Below are positions 10,696 to 23,900 of a DNA stretch of 64,000 nt, one piece after another (position 1 is the first letter of the stretch; every line of letters starts with the position of its first letter). A program made the position numbers and the translations under genes. A model generated the notes under the pieces. It did not search any database. It was not told where the DNA came from and saw nothing but the letters and a program-made list of their open reading frames with translations. Source of the DNA: Eledone cirrhosa (Eukaryota). The stretch is taken from positions 65,224,001-65,288,000 of the forward strand of contig OZ024744.1 in NCBI GenBank assembly GCA_964016885.1. Direction: 5' to 3'.

Positions 10696-11021
10696 ATATA
10701 TATATTTATGTATGTATATATGTATGTGTGTATATATATATATATATATTGGAAAATGTGTGAAATCCTTGGTACAGTTAGGTATATTTGAAATTATAAA
10801 AAAATTTATATTATAATATAAAATTAAATCAAATTGTTTAGAACTACAAGTGAAATCATTGTTTTCCTTTTTTCACACACACATATATATATATATATAA
10901 CGAAGGAAATGTGGTAAGGAACCAGGTGGACCATAACGCACCAAAGTACTCAATACTTAGGGTAGTAGAGTGGGGTCCTACTCGTTCCTATCTCTCTCTC
11001 TATATATATATATATACTATA

Positions 11022-11697
11022 TATGATGGAATCTCTTGTCAATTCCATGTATGAGGGTTCAACAGTCTTTTCAATTCATTGTTTTATGTTTATGCCTCAA
11101 AAGGCACTTCAATCCAGCTGCTTACATTTACACATTAATCCGCATTTGGTGCAGGTAACAGGATCTTGAACACAGCAGGCTGGAATGCCTGACCAGACTC
11201 TGGTGTTAGATCTTATCTCACAGAGGTGAGCTAAACAAGATTTCTCAAAGTTCTTTACACCTTCTAGGCAGACGGTTTTCCATCTTTTTTGGTTGTCAGT
11301 CAAGGCTTCAAACGAAGAAAGAGGTGTGTTGACAGACTTAAAATTGTACTTCAGTTTGTCCTTATATTGAGGTAGTGGCCTCCCCAACACTATACACACC
11401 ATCCTGGAGCTGACTGTAGAACAGTACCCTAGGTGTGCTGTCTCAGACATCCATAGGACATGACCAGCCCATCTGAATTGGGATCGCATCAGAACTAATT
11501 CAAACCCACCAATGTTGCACCTTGTGAACAGTTTGTCATTGGAGACTCTGTCAGAAAGTGCATATCCACAGACAGACCGAAGACAGTGTTTGTGGAAGAC
11601 ATCAAGCTTATGTATGTGAGTGTGGTAAAGTGTCTATGACTCTGAGCCATGTAAGAGTGTTGTCAGTACCACTGCACGATAAATTGCAATCTTTGTT
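11022..11697 (-). mobile_element. RTE/BovB-like LINE 3' end with a terminal zinc-finger-like motif
   Basis: KIAIYRAVVLTTLLHGSES, QFRWAGHV, GRP..QYKD.LK, CTKCGLMC. Confidence 0.85.
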
Positions 11698-11787
11698 TTC
11701 AGGGATATACCCCTGACACTCCATTGGCAGTGATGTAGTTTGACAAAAGCATCAGTTGCTTTGGAGATGCGATGTATATATATATAT

Positions 11788-11840
<53 letters not shown>

Positions 11841-11844
<4 letters not shown>

Positions 11845-12151
11845 TGTTGTTTCCTTGAGCAAGATACTTTATTTCACATTGCTCCAGTTTACTCAGTTTT
11901 AGAAATGAGATGATAGGGACTGGGGTCCCTATCATTCCACTGCAAAGTGGTCGTGGAGGTGCCACGGCAAAAAAACACCCAGCCCACACTGTAAAGTGGA
12001 CGTGTAGGCACCACGGAAAAAAAGCACCCAGCACTCACTGTAAATGAGGTTGGTGTTAGGAAGGGCATCCAGCTGTAGAAATCAAGCCAGAATCAGTTCC
12101 TGTCCCACCCTTGCAAGCAGGGAAAAGCGGACATAAAATGAAATGATAATG

Positions 12152-12152
<1 letters not shown>
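11841..12152 (+). mobile_element. tRNA-derived SINE (headless copy) with an RTE-derived 3' tail
   Basis: Same family as 14734-15070. Contains GGTTGGTGTTAGGAAGGGCATCCAGCTGTAGAAA and ends CCCACCCTTGCAAGCAGGGAAAAGCGGAC. Confidence 0.88.
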
Positions 12153-12189
<37 letters not shown>

Positions 12190-12319
12190 TATATAAATAT
12201 ATATATTTATGGCCGTTAAACAATGATGATGATAATGATGATATATGTGTGTGTGTGTGTATTTATATATATATATATACGTGTGTGTGTGTGTATATAT
12301 ATATGTATATATATATATG

Positions 12320-12369
<50 letters not shown>

Positions 12370-12371
12370 TT

Positions 12372-13600
12372 AATTCAAAATATTAACAAAATAGATATTC
12401 TTGTGATCAAGTATATTTTATTATACATATTTCAGAAGTACTGAGTTAACTTCAACAGTACATCCTCATCAGATAAAATAAGATGATGCATGACATACCT
12501 TGACATAGTAGATTGTTAAGATTCAGTCATGGTAGTGAGTAAGATATGACAAAACTCAATATTTATATACCTTAATATTGAAAACATGAAAAAAAAATAA
12601 TAACTACATATAATACATATAATAGAGAGGGTGCTTATGAGAAAGCTTTAAAAAATACATGGCAGCAATATAACTGTTAAAGATTCAAATAATTTAAATT
12701 ACTGAAGAAAGAGGAAAGAAAAGAAAGGCATAGAGGAAGAAACAGATGAGGGGATAATATAGCTAGCAGGAGCCTAGAAAACAAAAGAGAGTTGATTACA
12801 GAGAGAGAGATAAAGAGGAATAACTTTTATAATGTAATAATATAGGGAGATATTAAATTAGAACAACATTTGGGCTTAGCTTTAGGAAAAAGGAAAAAAC
12901 TCAATTCATTGAATTATTGAAATATCTAAAAATATTCATCAATTGGAATTTTAAATATAATTGGGTGTATTCATATGAAGGTTAATACCAAGTCTTTAGA
13001 CAATTATCTATATATCCAATATATATCCAAACATATCTGGTTGACCATTAACATTCAAATCATTTAATTTAAGTTAGTTCAGAGTAATGAATAATATTTT
13101 AGGTTATAAAATTTAATAAATATCTGTATTAATATTAAAGTATACTATCATATTTAATTTATAAAATCAAATTTTATTAAATCAAATTTAAAGGATTTAC
13201 AAACACGAGAAAGAAAACATAATGTTTTTACAACCTCATGAAGATAAACTTTACTAAATTTATTATATAATATTAAATTATTTTTATTATATTGAAAATA
13301 GTTTATATTATATAATTTAGAAAATAATTACAGTTATACTTTTTAAAGAATTTTAAGATTAACAATTTGAATGCCTAAAGGATCAACAGGCCTTATAATT
13401 AAACTTAAAAAAGTTTGATTATTAAATTATATATATGTGCGTTTATCAAAAAAATACACAAAGATTATATTGTCTAAAGACTTAAGATGATACCTCTCAA
13501 TTAGACATAACATAATACAATACAATAAATAAGTTACTGAAAATATTGTTAAAATTAATGTTTTAGATCAATTATTGTAATAGGATTATTTAATAGATAT
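12372..13600. mobile_element. Highly degraded AT-rich Penelope-like relic (pLTR on minus; weak RT-thumb and GIY-YIG traces on plus)
   Basis: Hammerhead at 12414-12480. Faint peptides NTKSLDNYLYI and VYQ...DYI. Starts directly after (AT)n. Confidence 0.45.
12414..12480 (-). ncRNA. Minimal type I hammerhead ribozyme motif
   Basis: Minus strand: TATTTTAT-CTGATGA-GGATGTACTG-loop-CAGTACTTCT-GAAA-TATGTATA-ATAAAATA. 8-bp stem I, 10-position stem II (one U-U mismatch), near-palindromic stem III. Confidence 0.85.
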
Positions 13601-14326
13601 ATACTATAAATATATAAGTCAAAACTTCATGAGTCCTAAGCATAAGGACTAGATACAAAATAAAAAGTAAAAAAAGTAAAAATAATGAATTGTTTACGAT
13701 CATAAAAGTGCCCAATATCAAAAAATATAGTTTAAAATGCAAGAGTTTTTTTTTATTTATATAGTAGACAAACAACCCTTCTAAAATGTCCACGAAGATG
13801 ATAGAAAGAGGAGTTAAGGATTTGAATGACCCGAAGGTAACCCGAATTTAATTAAAATAAATTAAATTAAATTAAATTAAGTAATAATCGTTATATAATT
13901 TAGAACATTAAGGTAATATCTAACAATTATAACAATAGAGAGTCATTTAAGTATCCAAAATTACTTATAAATGTAACTACGAGCATGTTATTATACTAGA
14001 TAAACAAATTTGTTCAAATATATAGAGAGAGTATTATAGGTATTAATGAAACGATATACATATAATAAATAAATAATTACAATCATTATTAGTAATGTTA
14101 TAATTGTAGTTTTACATCCAGTTCAGTGGAAAGAAAGACTAATATTTGACGGCTAGTATGATTTGTGACATTTATACCTAAATATATATAAAAAATATAT
14201 ATGTACAAGTCTAACTTTCTGAATCCCAAAACATACTCAAAATGAGTAAAATATATAAATACATGAATGATTTACAGTTCAATTGTAACCGGTTCAATTA
14301 TAACCTTTAAATATATATATATATAA

Positions 14327-14376
<50 letters not shown>

Positions 14377-14588
14377 CAAAAGAAATTGATATATAATATA
14401 ACAATCATGTGGCTCTATGATCACTCAATGAGAGAATTGAAGCTAAACATCCAAAACCTCAGAGTGCTTGTACATTGCCAATATCATAGGAAACCATATA
14501 TTTAATATTTGGCAGAGAACAATATAATCAGGCTACTAATATATATATATATATATTGCATACATACATATATATATATACATATGTG

Positions 14589-14620
<32 letters not shown>

Positions 14621-14621
14621 C

Positions 14622-14668
<47 letters not shown>

Positions 14669-14678
14669 CATATATATG

Positions 14679-14712
<34 letters not shown>

Positions 14713-14733
14713 TATATATATGTATATATATGT

Positions 14734-15070
14734 ATCATCATCATCACTTTACGTCCGCTTTTCCTTGCTTACAGGGGTGGGACGGGAACTGATTCTGGCT
14801 TGATTTCTACAGCTGGATGCCCTTCCAAACACCAACCTCATTTACAGTGAGTGCTGGGTGCTTTTTTGCCGTGGCACCTCCACGACCACTTTGCAGTGGA
14901 ATGATATGGACCCCAGTCCCTATCATCACATTTCTACAGCTGAATAAACTGGAGCAATGTGAAATAAAGTGTCTTGCTCAAGGAAACAACACATCACCCG
15001 GTCTGAGAATTGAACTCACAACTTTTCGATTGCAAGACCAATGCTCTAACCACTAAGCCATGTGCCTCCA
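14734..15070 (-). mobile_element. Full-length tRNA-derived SINE with RTE tail
   Basis: Head GGAGGCACATGGCTTAGTGGTTAGAGC (A box) and GAGTTCAATTCTC (B box), the AGGAAGGGCATCCAGCTGTAG central block, and an AAGCGGACGTAAAGTGATGATG tail. Confidence 0.9.
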
Positions 15071-15106
15071 TAGTGTATATATATATATATTAATTATATT
15101 TATATA

Positions 15107-15150
<44 letters not shown>

Positions 15151-15151
15151 A

Positions 15152-15198
<47 letters not shown>

Positions 15199-15203
15199 AA
15201 TAT

Positions 15204-15236
<33 letters not shown>

Positions 15237-15678
15237 CCCTGACATGAACCAATTCACTTTATATGTTAATTCTCCATGGCTTCTTCTGTCATAAAGGTTG
15301 GTGGATTCAGTGCTTCATTTCCTGTGTCCCACACAACTGTCATTTACAGTTTTGTCAGCAACATTAGTTTCCTGCCAGTGGCCAGCTCGTTCTAGGTTTC
15401 AACAGAAATATCAGGATGGAGATGATCCTTGACTAACAACAATGTTTGTACTTTGTGGCTGTTAGCTATTCTCCCATTACTATACTCTACTATAATGTAT
15501 ATGTATGTTCTCTCTTTCTCTTGATTTTGATTTTATTTTTGACTGGCCACCTTCCTAGTGGCAAAGTTGTAAAGAAAAGAAATTGTTGTCATCTCTTGTG
15601 TAACTTTCAATTGTAAAAATTCTTTTTACAAATTTTGATGGTTCCAGATATCATAATCATTTGCAGCATATGAATTAA

Positions 15679-15861
15679 CCCTTTAGCATTTAAACCGTCC
15701 TTATCTGGCCAGAATTTTCTCACCTTTTTCTGTTCAAACCGGCTGTAACTGGCCACTCATAGTGATGTTAAGGTATTGTTCTCAAAATAAATATTATGTA
15801 ATATAATTATGTAAAATAAAGCCTTTACCGTGAAAATATAATAGTATATATTAGAGTAATG
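15679..15861 (+). mobile_element. piggyBac-like MITE, right end missing
   Basis: Starts TTAA|CCCTTTAGCATTTAAACC and is colinear with 57580-57799. Confidence 0.75.
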
Positions 15862-15928
15862 TTTTTCCTTCACAAATCTAAATTCAGTTACAGCTTGGTC
15901 CAGGTTAGTATATAACTTATAGCTCCAA

Positions 15929-16125
15929 AAATAATTGTTTCTACTTTTGGCACAAGGCCAGCAATTATCCCAGTGCATTACTGGTACTTTATTTTATCGA
16001 CCCTGTAAGGATGAAAAGCAAAGTTAACCTTGGAGGGATTTGAACTCAGATCATAAAAGGAGGAAACTCTATACTTCAAAGCATGGTGCCGGACCCTCTA
16101 CCGATACTGCCAATCCACCGCCCTT
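15929..16125 (-). mobile_element. tRNA-derived SINE with a Nin/Deu-like domain; 13-bp TSD
   Basis: Head GGCGGTGGATTGGCAGTATCGGTAGAG, B box GAGTTCAAATCC, core TTTCATCCTTACAGGGTCGATAAAATAAAGTACCAG. TSD CTTATAGCTCCAA at 15916-15928 and 16123-16135. Confidence 0.88.
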
Positions 16126-16904
16126 ATAGCTCCAATAATAATGGATATAAAGCTGAACATATATCTTGGATACTGGCTCTGCAAACTCTTCATCAATGGT
16201 CTGTAGATATCTTCTTTCTCATGAATTTTCCTTACCATATTGATATCAAGTGGACAGCCGACTTCTACAACAGCGCATGTTATTAATGTGTGGTCCCAAA
16301 CTACAATATCAAGCTGGTTGTGCTTTAATTTGGTGGTAGTTTTTATTTTTAGGTTCCACCAATATTACTTTGAGCCATCACTCACAATATATTCCTCCCT
16401 ATTTGTTTTTATTTTTGTCTTCTGTAATACATTTCAGATTGTTCTAACTATCACATCATACCATATGAGGAGATAGTAACAAGAAGACATTCTTTCACAG
16501 GTGGCAATAATGTGGCTGATAACTTTGGTTTTTGTTTTGTACAGCCTACATTTATTGTCAACTGATGACCTTCCTCTTTTGTGAAGTAGGTACTTGGTGG
16601 GGATTTCTTGTTCCTGAATTGCATGGAGATATCCTTCATGGTGGGATTTTATTATGGTTTATCCCCTCTATGGTCTGTGTTTTTTGTCTCAAGTACCCAT
16701 ATATATATCTGAGTATGTATATATGTATGTTTGTATGTATGTGTGTATGTATGTATGTATGTGTGTGTGTATGTATGTGTGTAATATATATATATTTCTC
16801 CAAAATGGCTAAGTGAATCCACATGTGATTTTTTGAGAAAAAAATTTTTTTATACTCCTTCTTCTCATTCTTTATCTTTCTATTTCATTGTTTATTTCTC
16901 ATTC

Positions 16905-16944
16905 TGTTTTCTGATGAAGGACTAGGGTCTGAAACATAAAAACA
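16905..16944 (+). ncRNA. Minimal type I hammerhead ribozyme motif (Penelope pLTR type)
   Basis: TGTTTT-CTGATGA-A-GGAC-TAGG-GTCT-GAAA-CA-TA-AAAACA. Confidence 0.75.
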
Positions 16945-17019
16945 CTCTTCCTACTATATTAAGCACTAAACTAATATATTTCTTCATTGTACATGCATAC
17001 ATACAGTGTGCAATAACAT

Positions 17020-17360
17020 AGCCAAATGAGAAAAATTTAAAGGAAAAATAGAAAAATATATAGACTATAGTCCAACGTACAGACAAAGAAAAATGACATA
17101 GAGACATAGAAAACGTAGGAAGAGGAAATAGAGGAAGACAGACTGGGCAGTGTAATGTCTATTATTTGTTAGGTTCAAAAAGCCTGCATGGCTAAGATTT
17201 TTGAATATGAATCCAAAACAGGGGGTGCAAAGAATAAAGACTACAAAAAAAACAATGTCTCTTCTCCTCAGTCAACCTGTGGGGATCACTAAAGGTTCAG
17301 TCTATCAAGGTTGATACTATTCATTCTATTACACACTGGGATGCAACAAAACAGGTTGAA
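17020..17360 (-). mobile_element. Penelope-like pLTR / GIY-YIG C-terminal relic; same family as 62754-63228
   Basis: Clear nucleotide similarity to 62754-63228 and adjacent to a hammerhead. The PLE assignment rests on weak peptide traces. Confidence 0.5.
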
Positions 17361-17969
17361 ACAGTATGAGTTGTGCCACTCAATATATATATGCATGTAG
17401 CAAGCAATGGCACTACTTCATGGCTATGGAATGGTTTGGTTGTGCTTTGTCATTCAGCAGTCCTTAGGGATTGGCGGAGTATGAATACAGAGGACAACTT
17501 CTGCCCAAGAGTTGCGGTTAACACATTCGTTGACACCAGTTCTCACAAATTACAATCCCGGTTGATGCATCATCTACTAGCAAGATATAGCACTTAACGA
17601 AGAAACTTTGGCCCTTTCAGCAAGGGCCCAGCAACATTCTTCCTACCTAAATATATTTCACACACATTGTTATCGTTCAACTTAACTATGCCTTTCTGCT
17701 ACCAATATTTGATACATGTAAAGACTTATTACTAACGTAGTTACGTTCCAGATTATTACTGAGTGGAACAATGTAACTATGTTCTGGATTTTCTTAGGAG
17801 AATTATATTTCTATTCTTCAACTTAACTATGCCTTAATTTGCAGCTCTTCACTCTCCTACAACTTGTATTAATATATTTGCAAGAAAATAAACCTTTATA
17901 TCATGTTTTAACAGCCTTCTAATCCTTTCCACAACCAATACTTTATTACAATTTAAAGTATTTCTGCTA

Positions 17970-18420
17970 AAATGGTGACGTTCCGATGTGGGAATGTTTC
18001 TGTGGGAAATATTCCTTAATAAAATTTAGCAGCATTTTGAAATTACGACATGTGGATATTTTTTTTTAAATGGCTACCAAATTCACATGTTGCGTCTTGT
18101 TAAAAGTAATTTTTTCCCACTCACCGCCAATGGTGAAAATTTTAATCCTATTTTGCTTCCATTTGGTGTTTTAAAAAAAAATCTAAGCTCAACCGGAGAA
18201 TATTCTTAACAATAACACCAACACATAATTATGCCCTCACCACCATCCTTTCTCTGATGCAAAGCTTTCACTTGTGGTTGAGGCATCGGATACAGCAGTT
18301 GGTGCTGTTTTACAGCAATTTTATTCAGGACACCTGCAGCCTCTGGCATTTTTCTCTTGGATACTCAAGCCTTCCGAAACGTGATACAGCACTTTTGGTC
18401 GCAAATTACTGACTCTGACA
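17970..18420 (+). mobile_element. Gypsy LTR retrotransposon relic (RNase H N-terminus)
   Basis: ~18272-18411 encodes LVVEASDTAVGAVLQQ..PLAFFS..KPSET*YSTFGRKLL. The upstream boundary is tentative. Confidence 0.8.
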
Positions 18421-18849
18421 GTGCGTCAATATGCCACACTAGCGCCTAACATTCTATTGTATTGCATTTTTCATTCTTACATGCATTCATTTTCTTTTCT
18501 TTTCCCTCTATGCGATCATTTGTTCACTTTTCTTGGATATTTCAATTGTCATTTCTCTTTCAACTTTTCATTTTTCCAAGTATTTACGCTTGTAAATATT
18601 CTGTATTTGTAGGTTAAATTTTTTTTTGCAATGTGCATACATACATTGCACCACATTTTTGTAACTTTATTGAGTAGTTTTTATCTAGTCTGTGCCTTTT
18701 GAGCTCTGTTGCCCGACACTTTCTACGCCGGATGTTAATTCATTTTCTTGTCAGATGCAACTTGCTCTATTTGACGCCTAGTCAGTTAATAGACAAAGTT
18801 TCAGGTCTTTGATATTGGGCCAACATGCTGCACTGTAATGCTTACCACA

Positions 18850-19068
18850 TTAGCACCAGACAGATTACACAGGCAAAACTAATGGGCAGGAGGCCCATGG
18901 GTAAACCCCAAGCAAGATGGTTGGATAACATCCATGAGCTTGGCTGGTCTCGCTTGGGAATCCAACTGGATCAGTTGGAGACGGATGCTTCTAACAGGAT
19001 CTGCTGGAAGGAGTATTTGAGGTTTCTGCCCCCATGATTTTCTCAGAAATAAGTGGACAAAGAAGAAA
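18850..19068 (+). mobile_element. RTE family B 3' end
   Basis: GRRPMGKPQARWLDNI..; short AAGAAGAA tail; homologous to 2707-2890. Confidence 0.82.
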
Positions 19069-19990
19069 ATAGGTGTTCAGGATTTGAGGCAGTGCATTAG
19101 GGAAAATTGTGATGTCATTGGTGAGAAGTGTGTCCGGGATGATAAAGACGCACTTGCTCTCACAGGCACTGAAAAGAAAACTACATGGAAGAGCCATTAT
19201 GAAAGATTACTGAATGAGGAGAATGTAATGTATGGGAGAAAGAGACCATACTCTAAATGTACCCTACAGAGGGCCCAGCCATACTTATCAGCAGCTGTGT
19301 AGTAAATAAGGCAATTAAGGATATGAAGACTGGGAAAACAGCCGGTCCATCGGGAATAGTTGTCGAGATGTTGAAAGCACCTGGGTCAGTAAGACATACC
19401 ATAACCACACGTATTGTTAACCAAGTAATACTAAATGGTGTCATACCAAATGATTGGCACAGCAGCATCATTGTCAACTGCCGCAAGGGTTGATGGATCA
19501 GGTCATGAAAGTAACGGAAAGAGTTATAATACAGCTGATTAGGGACCTGGTAAATATGGATGAGGTGCAGTTTGGATTTCTACCAGGCAAAAGCACCACA
19601 GATGCTCTCTTCCTGAAGAAGCAGCCACAAGAAAAGTACCTATCTAAAAGTAAGCTGCTTTCCTTGGCATTTGTTGATCTAGCGAAAGCTTTTAATGGAG
19701 TTCCCAGTGCCATAATCTGGTGATCTCTTAAAAAACTAGGAGTAGATAAGTGGCTTGTACAAGTTTGTACAAGCTATGTACAGGGAAGCAGTCAGAAAAT
19801 TTAAGATTAACAATGATTATAGTGAGGTATTTAGCATACAGGCTCTGTTCTTAGCCCTCTCCTGTTTATTATCATACAGAGAAGTTTAAGTCCAGCTGCT
19901 CATGGGAACTCCTGAGTCTATGGTGAAACTGGAGAAGAAATTCCAAATATGGAAGCAGAGCCTAGAAACAAGGGGTTTACATACTGACCT
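19069..19990 (+). mobile_element. RTE family A linker-RT fragment with deletions
   Basis: WKSHYERLLNE, KTGKTAGPSGI, QFGFLPGKSTTDA, AFVDLAKAF. Confidence 0.9.
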
Positions 19991-20027
19991 TGGCCAACCT
20001 TGGCCTAACCGTTTTGGCCACTTCTAT

Positions 20028-20418
20028 TCATGATCGTATTCTTTTGGTCATTACCCAAGATTCATTACCATAGGTGAGGGAATTTGCAGACAACATGGTA
20101 TTACTTAACTCAACAGAAGATGATCTTCGACTTGCACTTGATAGGTTTAATGCCAAGTGCTGCACGGGTGGAATGAAAACCAGTGCTGCAAAAACTGAGA
20201 CACTCGTCCTCCCAAAGAAGCCTGAGTGGTGCACTCTACATGTGAATGGAGTTCCACTGAAGCAGCTAGAGAAGTTCAAATATCTCAGGGCCGTGTTCAT
20301 GAGTGATGGAAGGCAGGAGGCTGAATTAAGTGCAAGAATTGTAGGAGCTTGTGCATTCAGTAATCAGAAGAAGGGAGGTTGGTGCAAAAGCCAAACTCGC
20401 GGTCTTCAATTCAGTATT
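20028..20418. mobile_element. RTE family B fragment with an internal inversion
   Basis: 20028-20079 on minus encodes LTYGNESWVMTKRIRS. ~20080-20417 on plus encodes FADNMV...KFKYL...KLAVFNSV. Confidence 0.8.
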
Positions 20419-20749
20419 GCGCTAAAGTAAATTCCTAAATAAAGATAGTAAATGGCTGAGATGTAAAATTAACTGATACATTTATGAAGAAAGTTTTAAA
20501 ATATGGAATTTCTTTTTCTTTTATTATGGAAAGCTGCCACAGATGATATATATTCAATTATAAAATAGTAGAATAAGTTGGATAAATTAGCCTTTGGAGC
20601 CGGAAAAAAGGCAGAAATGAAAACAGTAATTTGTACTACTACTACAACACTACCACTACACTATCACAACACTAGCACTATCATTATCACTTCAATACCA
20701 CTACATAATACTATCACTACACTACCACTACACTACCATTGTGGTGGAG

Positions 20750-20905
20750 GAGGCACTCCATCAGTTACGGTGACGAGTGTTCCAGTTGAACCAATCAATT
20801 AACATGCAAATGACTGAGCATTCTACAGACATGTGTACCCTTTACATTGTTCTCAGGGAGATTCAGTGTGACACAGCGTGTGACAAAGCTGGTCCTTTGA
20901 ACTAC
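20750..20905 (-). mobile_element. SINE 3' fragment (family of 37453-37727)
   Basis: The reverse complement has GTTCAAAGGACCAGCTTTGTCACAC...CAACTGGAACACTCGTCACCGTAACTGATGGAGTGCC. Confidence 0.78.
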
Positions 20906-23900
20906 ACTACCACTATCATTACCACTTCAATACCACTACACTGCAACAAGACTACAACTACACTACCACTACTGTACGACTACACTACCACTACTCTATC
21001 ACTACACTACCACTACACTACCACTACACTACTACTATCACTACCACTACACTACCACTACACTACCACTGCACTACCACTATCACTACTACTACACTAC
21101 TACTACACTACCACTACACTACCACTATCACTACCACTACACTACCACTACACTACCACTATCACTACCACTACACTACCACTACACTATCACTACACTA
21201 CCAATACACTACCACTATCACTACCACTACACTACCACTATCACTACCACTATCACTACCACTTCACTACCACTACACTACCACTACGCTACCACTACAT
21301 TACCACTATCACTACCACTATCACTACCACTACACTAGCACTATCACTACCACTACACTACCACTACGCTACCACTACATTACCACTACACTACCACTAT
21401 CACTACCACTATCACTACCACTTCACTACCACTACACTACCACTATCACTACCACTATCACTACCACTTCACTACCACTACACTACCACTACGCTACCAC
21501 TACATTACCACTATCACTACCACTACTCTATCACTACACTACCACTACACTACCATTACACTACCACTACATTACCACTATCACTACCACTACACTACCA
21601 CTACACTACCACTACACTACTACTACACTACCACTACACTACCACTATCACTACCACTATCACTACCACTACACTAGCACTATCACTACCACTATCACTA
21701 CCACTACACTACCACTACACTACCATTACACTACCACTATCACTACCACTATCACTACCACTACACTACCACTACACTAGCACTATCACTACCACTATCA
21801 CTACCACTACACTACCACTACACTACCATTACACTACCACTACACTACCACTATCACTACCACTATCACTACCACTACACTAGCACTATCACTACCACTA
21901 TCACTACCACTACACTACCACTACACTACCATTACACTACCACTACACTACCACTATCACTACCACTATCACTACCACTACACTACCACTACACTACCAT
22001 TACACTACCACTACACTAGCACTATCACTACCACTATCACTACCACTACACTACCACTACACTACCACTACACTACCATTACACTACCACTACACTAGCA
22101 CTATCACTACCACTATCACTACCACTACACTACCACTACACTACCACTACACTACCATTACACTACCACTACACTAGCACTATCACTACCACTATCACTA
22201 CCACTACACTACCACTATCACTACCACTACACTACCACTATCACTACCACTATCACTACCACTACACTACCACTACACTACCATTACACTACCACTACAC
22301 TAGCACTATCACTACCACTATCACTACCACTACACTACCACTACACTACCACTACACTACCATTACACTACCACTACACTAGCACTATCACTACCACTAT
22401 CACTACCACTACACTACCACTATCACTACCACTACACTACCACTATCACTACCACTACACTACCACTACACTACCACTACACTACCATTACACTACCACT
22501 ACACTACCACTATCACTACCACTACACTACCACTACACTACCATTACACTACCACTACACTAGCACTATCACTACCACTATCACTACCACTACACTACCA
22601 TTACACTACCACTACACTACCACTATCACTACCACTATCACTACCACTACACTAGCACTATCACTACCACTATCACTACCACTACACTACCACTACACTA
22701 CCACTATCACTACCACTATCACTACCACTACACTAGCACTATCACTACCACTATCACTACCACTATCACTACCACTACACTACCATTACACTACCACTAC
22801 ACTAGCACTATCACTACCACTATCACTACCACTACACTAGCACTATCACTACCACTATCACTACCACTACACTACCACTATCACTACCACTACACTAGCA
22901 CTATCACTACCACTATCACTACCACTATCACTACCACTTCACTACCACTACACTACCACTACACTACCACTACACTACCACTATCACTACCACTATCACT
23001 ACCACTACACTAGCACTATCACTACCACTATCACTACCACTATCACTACCACTTCACTACCACTACACTACCACTACACTACCACTACACTACCACTACA
23101 CTACCACTATCACTACCACTATCACTACCACTTCACTACCACTACACTACCACTTCACTACCACTACACTACCACTACACTACCACTACACTACCAATAC
23201 ACTACCACTATCACTACCACTATCACTACCACTACACTACCACTACACTACCACTATCACTACCACTATCACTACCACTACACTAGCACTATCACTACCA
23301 CTATCACTACCACTACACTACCACTACACTACCACTACACTACCAATACACTACCACTATCACTACCACTATCACTACCACTACACTACCACTACACTAC
23401 CATTACACTACCACTACACTAGCACTATCACTACCACTATCACTACCACTACACTACCACTACACTACCATTACACTACCACTACACTACCACTATCACT
23501 ACCACTATCACTACCACTACACTAGCACTATCACTACCACTATCACTACCACTACACTACCACTACACTACCATTACACTACCACTACACTACCACTATC
23601 ACTACCACTATCACTACCACTATCACTACCACTACACTACCACTATCACTACCACTATCACTACCACTATCACTACCACTATCACTACCACTACACTACC
23701 ACTACACTACCACTACACTACCATTACACTACCACTACACTAGCACTATCACTACCACTATCACTACCACTACACTACCACTATCACTACCACTATCACT
23801 ACCACTACACTACCACTACACTAGCACTACACTAGCACTATCACTACCACTACACTACCACTACACTACCACTACACTACCATTACACTACCACTACACT

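Larger units (their letters stand above)
15508..16695 (-). mobile_element. R4/Dong-like RLE retroelement 3' fragment, interrupted by a MITE and a SINE, flanked by TATG repeats
   Basis: EGYLHAIQEQEIPTKY..KCRL..SHIIATC, LDIVVWD..CAVVEVGCPLDIN..EKEDIY, GAISY, SGTIKICK. Confidence 0.85.

Noticed and set aside
10751-10781. GKCVKSLVQL followed by a GTATAT donor
   Set aside because: There is no upstream acceptor; it is preceded directly by (AT)n.
12480-14100. Mitochondrial insertion (NUMT), suggested by extreme AT content
   Set aside because: No recognisable mitochondrial gene or tRNA; the hammerhead favours a Penelope relic.
15000-15070. tRNA gene
   Set aside because: The A/B-box head continues directly into a SINE body; the same holds at 37453, 16125 and 53990.
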